Assembly (NCBI GenBank): GCA_029210125.1
Contig: JARGPR010000001.1
Location: 326,812-390,811, forward strand
From: Pseudomonadales bacterium
GTDB taxonomy: Bacteria; Pseudomonadota; Gammaproteobacteria; Pseudomonadales; JAHRWD01
Direction of reading: 5' to 3'
DNA: 64,000 nucleotides
Every line of letters starts with the position of its first letter. Position 1 is the stretch's first letter. Position numbers and translations under genes: made by a program. Below, piece after piece: positions 58,794-64,000 of the stretch. The notes beneath the pieces were generated by a model. It saw only the letters and a program-made list of their open reading frames with translations. It made no database searches and was not told the DNA's origin.

Positions 58794-59372
58794 TTAATGA
58801 AGGATGGAATGTTGTTTGACGTGCACCTGGACTGGAGAGCTGGTTTTTATAATGGAGTTATCAGAGGTATCGATAATTTGTACGCTGAGTTGATGCGTTC
58901 CCCGATATATTTCAGTGAGCTCGAAGTCGGTTTCCTGCTGAGGTTCTGAAACAGTAGCACCGTCAATTAAAACCTGGATCCGGTGGTTTTCCTGGAGTGG
59001 TGGAGCAATAGATACTGAGATCGACAGATTACCGGAAGTGTTACGAATAACCTGATCTTTCGATGGAGACTGAATCAACAGAGTACTGTAATTCACTGGT
59101 TGATGGGTTTGTGCAGGTGCTGCTTCAAATGATTCCTCGGTGTTTGCCTTCGGAAAACTATGGGTCTCCAGGGGAGGAAGCACAATAGGTTTGGAGCTTT
59201 TTGTTTTGATGTCGCTGAACACGGGCGTACCCGCTTTGTTGGTGGATTTATAAATTTCTGAAGATGCAAGAGTTGAGAAAGCGAGGGTGCCTATCAAGGT
59301 AGCCACCGCGAGTGGGCGTCTCCAGCAAATTTGGTGTAGAGGTCGGTCAAAAATCTGTTTCTTGATTTTCAT
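58794..59372 (-). CDS. DUF4124-domain periplasmic protein
   Basis: Signal peptide followed by the IYKSTNKAGTPVFSD motif (DUF4124 pattern iYkw.d..G...fsD). Confidence 0.6.
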   Translation of the reverse strand: MKIKKQIFDRPLHQICWRRPLAVATLIGTLAFSTLASSEIYKSTNKAGTPVFSDIKTKSSKPIVLPPLETHSFPKANTEESFEAAPAQTHQPVNYSTLLIQSPSKDQVIRNTSGNLSISVSIAPPLQENHRIQVLIDGATVSEPQQETDFELTEIYRGTHQLSVQIIDTSDNSIIKTSSPVQVHVKQHSILH

Positions 59373-59818
59373 GGTTCTAACTCAACTCATAGTTGTTTGT
59401 TCAGGCACATATAAATTTTAGTGGTTTGAGTCTGGGATGCAATCACGAGGCTTTATGTGCTATTTGACCCAGTCCGCATAAAACGATTTATTAGCGGGCG
59501 CAACGCATATCAAGCTTAACCAAATTGATCGATTAGGTGGTGCGGATTCGTTAAAATATTTTTGTCGAGCAAACTAGGGCAATGGAAGCGAGTTGCTCTT
59601 TTTTTCGGAACGCCGGTAGACGAAGGTCTACCCATTGGGTCAGTTTATTTTATGGCCGTTGGAACGCTTTCGGGTATGCTGCCGAGCCCCAGTGCAATGG
59701 TTTGCTCTGAGAAATGCCACATAAAATGACTGCACAGGCAATGTTATAGCGCCGCATAGATCTGAAATACGATCTGGACAGAAGTTGACGATTTGAGCTA
59801 TGAAGGCCGTGAAAAGAG

Positions 59819-60055
59819 TTACTTATCTTCGTGTATCGCTTCGATGCTTAATGTAATAATTCGTCCGGATTGCTCACTGCCGAGCAACTTATGGCCATTG
59901 ATTCGGCACCAGGCTGGAATATCACTTAAAACGCCGGGATCAGTGCAGGTAACCTCCAGAATATCCCCTGATTCGAGGCCAGCGATTTTGTCCTGGGTTT
60001 TAATCACCGGCATAGGACAGAGCAGGTTTTCTGCGTTTAATTGGTGGGTGCTCAT
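59819..60055 (-). CDS. TusA-family sulfurtransferase
   Basis: 78 aa. Active-site L.CPMP.. motif (LLCPMPVIK). Confidence 0.8.
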   Translation of the reverse strand: MSTHQLNAENLLCPMPVIKTQDKIAGLESGDILEVTCTDPGVLSDIPAWCRINGHKLLGSEQSGRIITLSIEAIHEDK

Positions 60056-61092
60056 ATGTACCAGCTTTGGGGGATATCGGTTGGTATGATCGGTTCAACT
60101 TCCAAAATTTTAGATTGGCCATCGGGAAATGTTGCTTTGACCTGTACGTTGGTTTCTTGCTTGCCCTGGCTAAAGCGTGCGGCGATTCGAGCGGCTAATT
60201 CAATATCATCCGCATCGGGCTCGCCGTCAATCAAGGTTAGCGGCCCATTGTGATTGACGGTGCGTAGATGGAGGAATTGCTTCCGGTAACCCTCAAGGAA
60301 GTTGTTTTCTCCCTCTTCGCGGCTAACGATCATCTTGAAGTTTGGTGAGGGTCGAATATGGCGGCCAATTTTTAACAACATGATGTCATCCAGTTCGTAG
60401 CGTTTTTCACCACGAAACTGCCAAAGGTCAGCAAGTTTTTTCGAGTAAGCCTCATCGGTCAGAAAACAACAGCCACCAGCGGGTTGGGCAAACTCTTCAA
60501 ATCCAAGTTGGCTAGCTAGCTCAATTTGAGGTTTACGATTGCGGCCACTAAAGCCGTGGAGTTGCTCGCGGTTGATCCAGCCCTCTCGTTCCGGAAGCGT
60601 TGCGGGGAGGTTTTGCGCACAAAGCGGTCGCAGTAAACGGTCGTCAGCACCAGATTCTCTGGCGATGATAGGCATGGTTTCCTTGCGTTGTGATTTTGGT
60701 CGTTGACCAATCACCTCGCCGGTAATAATAAAATCAAAGCCATTGTCGTTGGCCCAGTCCAGCGCTTTTTGTACCATAAAAATTTTGCAGTCAAGGCATG
60801 GATTAAGGTGTGCGCCGTAACCATGTTTCGGGTTGATCACAATATCTTTGTATTCTTCTGATATATCGATGATATGGAGTTTCATCGATAGCTGTTCAGC
60901 GCTCCACAGGGCGTTGTTGCGCTTGGGCTTTGCCTTGTCTTTCTTGCGGATTGCATGGGTGTGGCCTTCTACACAGAAACCGGTGTAAAAGTTGATGCCT
61001 TCAACGTGAATGCCCTGATTTTGAATAACTCTGGCGGCCAGAAGAGAATCCAGGCCGCCGGAAATCAGCGCGACTGCTTTGCGTGTGGTCAT
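60052..61092 (-). CDS. PP-loop ATPase, ThiI/MnmA-like (thiouridylase-type)
   Basis: 346 aa. PP-loop ALISGGLDS and conserved Cys clusters NPCLDCK and GGCCF. A 4-nt overlap with the tusA-like gene. Confidence 0.65.
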   Translation of the reverse strand: MTTRKAVALISGGLDSLLAARVIQNQGIHVEGINFYTGFCVEGHTHAIRKKDKAKPKRNNALWSAEQLSMKLHIIDISEEYKDIVINPKHGYGAHLNPCLDCKIFMVQKALDWANDNGFDFIITGEVIGQRPKSQRKETMPIIARESGADDRLLRPLCAQNLPATLPEREGWINREQLHGFSGRNRKPQIELASQLGFEEFAQPAGGCCFLTDEAYSKKLADLWQFRGEKRYELDDIMLLKIGRHIRPSPNFKMIVSREEGENNFLEGYRKQFLHLRTVNHNGPLTLIDGEPDADDIELAARIAARFSQGKQETNVQVKATFPDGQSKILEVEPIIPTDIPQSWYI

Positions 61093-61286
61093 AATAAGAG
61101 AGGTCTAATTAGCTCGGCTCAACTTGAGCCTAAGTAAGGTGAATAACAACGCCGATTGTAACAGAAAGCGTACATCTGTACGTATTAGACGAGGGTGTTT
61201 TACCGGATTTGTGTGCTACCTGCGTCCCGAACAAATTGGCCCGGCCAGCGCGTATTTCGCGTATTGCTTGGGATGATTAGTCGAGG

Positions 61287-61316
61287 TTCAAAATTTGTAC
61301 TAAATAGATGTATAAT
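61287..61316 (+). promoter_or_regulatory. Candidate sigma70 promoter for the 61.5-kb operon
   Basis: TTCAAA-18 nt-TATAAT. Confidence 0.3.
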
Positions 61317-61502
61317 TTGCGGTATTCTAAAAAAGTGTCAGTATTTTATACAAATTGGTCGGCTGTTTGGGGTTGGTTGTGTTTAACATGTTGATTGTAA
61401 AGGAATAAGTTATTTTGGCGTAGTTTTTGCAATTATCCACTTATAGTTATAGATCGGCGTACCACGGGTTCGCGGATTAACAATTTATTGAGCGAGATTA
61501 AA

Positions 61503-62351
61503 ATGAGTGACAAATTTCCAAGCCAGAATGATAAGCAAGATGAACAAAAAAGTGCTGTGAATCAGGCTGTAGATGTGCCTGAATCCGCACATAACTCCTC
61601 ACGCAGAAGTTTTGCTAAGGCAGGTGTTGTTGCTCCAATTGTGTTGAGTGTGGGTGCTCGTCCCGCGTTTGCCAATATGTGTAGTGTATCCGGTGGTGGT
61701 AGCCCCGGTTCGGGACAAATAGAAATAACCTGTTCTGGTAAGACACCTGGCTACTGGAAAACACACCCGGAAGCGTGGTCGTCTGTTGTTGAGGCAGGTG
61801 GCGAAGATATAGCAGGTATTGAGTCACTGAGTACAGGTGCTTGTTCCCCTACCGACCAAGGTTCTAGCAAATCAAACTGTAAAGTTTGGCTTAATGATGG
61901 TACAAAATTTGGAGACGTATTCTCTGGCGGAGATAGCTTGGTGAGTAACGCTAAGCCAGGCATAGTTACGCCCACTACCGTCAATGGAGTGACCAGCTAT
62001 GAGGCCACAAAAGCGGGTGATTATTATGTGCTTGCTGGAGCAACCGATACTCGTATGAGTATGATGCAGGTGCTTTGGTTGGAAAAAAACCATAGCCTTA
62101 AGGGTACTGTTTCAGTTCAGTATGCATTTCACTTGGTTGCTGCCTTTCTAAATGCACTTGAAGACCCTGAGGGTTATGGTTACAACGGTCTAGGGATTAT
62201 CACGTTGCATGAGAGTGCGATGGCTGGTTTCCCGATTCCTCCAGGAATTACTGACCTTGAACATTTGAAGGACGTTCTGGACTATATGAATAATCGATCA
62301 GAGGGAGGCTTTCAAGGGCCAGTGCCTTTCCCATTCTCTGGTACCCCTTAA
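61503..62351 (+). CDS. Tat-signal exported protein of unknown function
   Basis: Twin-arginine motif SRRSFAKAG, h-region and AFA|N cleavage site, preceded by a ~35-aa hydrophilic n-region. Gly/Ser/Cys-rich mature N-terminus. The start could also be the TTG at 61488. Confidence 0.55.
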   Translation: MSDKFPSQNDKQDEQKSAVNQAVDVPESAHNSSRRSFAKAGVVAPIVLSVGARPAFANMCSVSGGGSPGSGQIEITCSGKTPGYWKTHPEAWSSVVEAGGEDIAGIESLSTGACSPTDQGSSKSNCKVWLNDGTKFGDVFSGGDSLVSNAKPGIVTPTTVNGVTSYEATKAGDYYVLAGATDTRMSMMQVLWLEKNHSLKGTVSVQYAFHLVAAFLNALEDPEGYGYNGLGIITLHESAMAGFPIPPGITDLEHLKDVLDYMNNRSEGGFQGPVPFPFSGTP

Positions 62352-62353
62352 TT

Positions 62354-62647
62354 ATGGCGCCAACGAATATCTCTTGGTGTCGTTCAGATCAATTCGATTG
62401 GAATTCCAGGCAGTGGGCTGATGGCTCACTGCTCTATAATAAAAATTCAGGTGATACTCATTATCTGGATCCGTTATCGATGCGAATTTTAGAGTTGTTA
62501 GAAACGAACCGTTTTAGTGTTGAGGAAATCCGAGGTGACTTGGTGAGTCAACCCGAAGAGGCTATAGTGATACCGCATAGCAAGTTTGCACTGGAAACCA
62601 TAATTGCAGACTTGGAGCGTATTGGTTTAATTGAAGTTTCTTCTTGA
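62354..62647 (+). CDS. PqqD-family protein (RiPP recognition element type; HPr-rel-A-system-like)
   Basis: 97 aa. ..LLYNKNSGDTHYLDPLSMRILELLE....S..EI fits the PqqD pattern. Starts 2 nt after the upstream stop. Confidence 0.7.
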   Translation: MAPTNISWCRSDQFDWNSRQWADGSLLYNKNSGDTHYLDPLSMRILELLETNRFSVEEIRGDLVSQPEEAIVIPHSKFALETIIADLERIGLIEVSS

Positions 62648-63552
62648 ATATATCTGCAGTTACAGAAAATCAGCTCTCTAAACGATTAAGCGGCCCGGGC
62701 CTCATTATTCAGGCGGGTCCCTTCGTTACGCGTCTCCATTCTTCAATTCTGCATTTGGTTAAAGGTATTCACGGCCTTTATGCCGATTATCCTATTATTG
62801 ATGAAGATCTATTTGTGGATTTTCACGTCCAGGTTAATCCCCCCGTCGGGCTTCGTCGCCGGTTTCGGCCGCAGGCACGTTTCCGGTTTGATAATTACAA
62901 ACCCTTTACACCTCTTCCCATTGATCAGGCGATGCCGATTTTTGAATGGGGACTCAACTGGTGTATAGCCAATTACGCTCATCAGTACCTGATTATTCAT
63001 TCTGCCGTTGTTGAACGAAATGGCGTTTCTATCATATTTCCAGCCCCCCCTGGTTCCGGCAAGAGTACGCTATGCGCAGGGTTGGTATCTAAAGGATGGC
63101 GATTGTTGTCTGATGAGATGGCATTGGTAGATCGTAATGACCAGCAATTAGTGCCGGTACCAAGGCCGGTAAGCCTCAAAAACCAATCGATCGATATTAT
63201 TCGAAATTACGCACCCGATCAGTATGTGGGAAGCTCCACTGAGGGCACTACAAAAGGTACCATTGCGCATATGGCGGTACCTGGGAGTTCTATTCTGCGT
63301 CAGCATGAAAAAGTTAAACCGGGTTTGATTGTATTCCCGAAATATATCGCTGGCGCTGAGCCAGCCCTGCAATCAATGCCAAAACCCCTGGCGGGTATTC
63401 GACTTATTGAAAACTGTTTCAACTATCATGTGCTCGGGGAAGAGGGCTTTAATATGATTGCCGGGCTGGTTGATACCAGTAAGTGTTTCGAATTTAGCTA
63501 TTCACAACTGGACGATGCACTGCAAATCTTTAATGAGTTATCCGAGCAATGA
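62644..63552 (+). CDS. HprK-related kinase (HPr kinase C-terminal-domain homolog)
   Basis: 302 aa. P-loop PAPPGSGKSTLCAGLVSKGWRLLSDEMALV resembles HprK G.SG.GKSE..L.L...GH.LV.DD. TTG start overlaps the PqqD stop (TTGA). Confidence 0.7.
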   Translation: MNISAVTENQLSKRLSGPGLIIQAGPFVTRLHSSILHLVKGIHGLYADYPIIDEDLFVDFHVQVNPPVGLRRRFRPQARFRFDNYKPFTPLPIDQAMPIFEWGLNWCIANYAHQYLIIHSAVVERNGVSIIFPAPPGSGKSTLCAGLVSKGWRLLSDEMALVDRNDQQLVPVPRPVSLKNQSIDIIRNYAPDQYVGSSTEGTTKGTIAHMAVPGSSILRQHEKVKPGLIVFPKYIAGAEPALQSMPKPLAGIRLIENCFNYHVLGEEGFNMIAGLVDTSKCFEFSYSQLDDALQIFNELSEQ

Positions 63553-64000
63553 ACCAGGACTCAGGATTGCGCGGCTATCCGCTTTTACTTCATGTGTTGG
63601 TGAACCCGAATGCGGTGAGTGGTCTTGGCGTAACCCAATGGAATGATTTGATTCGGCTGGCACGGGTAGCCGATCTGTTGGCTAATCTATACGCTACATT
63701 TGAGCAACTTGACCTGTTAAAAACGATTCCCGCAAAACCTTTACTGCACCTTGAATCCGCTCATACCCTGACCAATAAGCATGAGCACACCATCGGCTGG
63801 GAAGTGATACAAATTAACGAAGCACTCGGGAAGCTCGAGTGTCCCGTGGTTTTATTGAAGGGTGCTGGTTATCTGTTACAGGGGCTGAATGCCTCGAAGG
63901 GGCGGGTGTTTCACGATGTGGATGCTATGGTTCCGAAGGCTCGTATTGATGAAGCTGAATTCGAGTTGAAAGATAACGGCTGGTTAGGGGTTAAGCAGGA
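63549..64000 (+). CDS. Nucleotidyltransferase-family protein (PF14907-like), 3'-truncated by the window end
   Basis: Not in the ORF track because it runs off the end. ATG overlaps the kinase stop (ATGA). LLKGAGYLL......R.FHDVDAMV resembles the uncharacterised NTP_transf_5 pattern. Confidence 0.55.
   Translation, partial: MNQDSGLRGYPLLLHVLVNPNAVSGLGVTQWNDLIRLARVADLLANLYATFEQLDLLKTIPAKPLLHLESAHTLTNKHEHTIGWEVIQINEALGKLECPVVLLKGAGYLLQGLNASKGRVFHDVDAMVPKARIDEAEFELKDNGWLGVKQ

Noticed and set aside
61195-61386. 63-codon Cys-rich ORF upstream of the PqqD/kinase operon, considered as a possible RiPP precursor
   Set aside because: It has a GTG start with no RBS and overlaps the best promoter candidate for the operon. 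The sequence is hydrophobic and low-complexity with no leader/core organisation. It was kept only as something to re-check if RNA-seq or Ribo-seq data exist.

Overview
This 64-kb window looks like a marine-type gammaproteobacterial chromosome. All calls come from reading the ORF translations and the DNA by eye, with no searches run.

The conserved core is the block rpsB-tsf-pyrH-frr-uppS-cdsA-dxr-rseP-bamA-skp-lpxD-fabZ-lpxA-lpxB-sbcB (29.5-45.2 kb). Other housekeeping loci are ntrBC with a sigma54 promoter, arsC-wrbA-DUF2069, msrB, alaA and trmL.

A lipid and acyl-CoA catabolic gene set is also present. It has three AMP-dependent acyl-CoA synthetases (two are tandem paralogs), a Baeyer-Villiger monooxygenase, an enoyl-CoA hydratase, a pair of adjacent acyl-CoA dehydrogenases and an isovaleryl-CoA dehydrogenase.

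Four regions deserve a second look:
- **1-2.5 kb:** a complete bufferin-type RiPP operon (DUF2282 precursor, DUF692/MNIO, DUF2063, DoxX).
- **11.0-15.3 kb:** an AT-rich islet inserted inside the catabolic cluster. It carries a KAP P-loop NTPase, a DUF2971 protein and a cupin. Its gene boundaries hold attC-like palindromes and nested inverted repeats, and an IS110-family remnant closes it.
- **23.2-29.4 kb:** a second AT-rich, decaying accessory patch. It holds a frameshifted ytoQ, a membrane acyltransferase, a possibly broken phosphoethanolamine transferase, a 366-bp IS3-family mini-remnant with target-site duplication, a LysE exporter followed by an attC-like site, and a degraded IS110 copy.
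- **61.5-64.0 kb:** the most interesting locus. It is a translationally coupled cassette of a Tat-signal protein, a PqqD/RRE protein, an HprK-like kinase and a nucleotidyltransferase (HPr-rel-A type). It has no known product and is cut by the window end.

No rRNA, tRNA or CRISPR array was seen.
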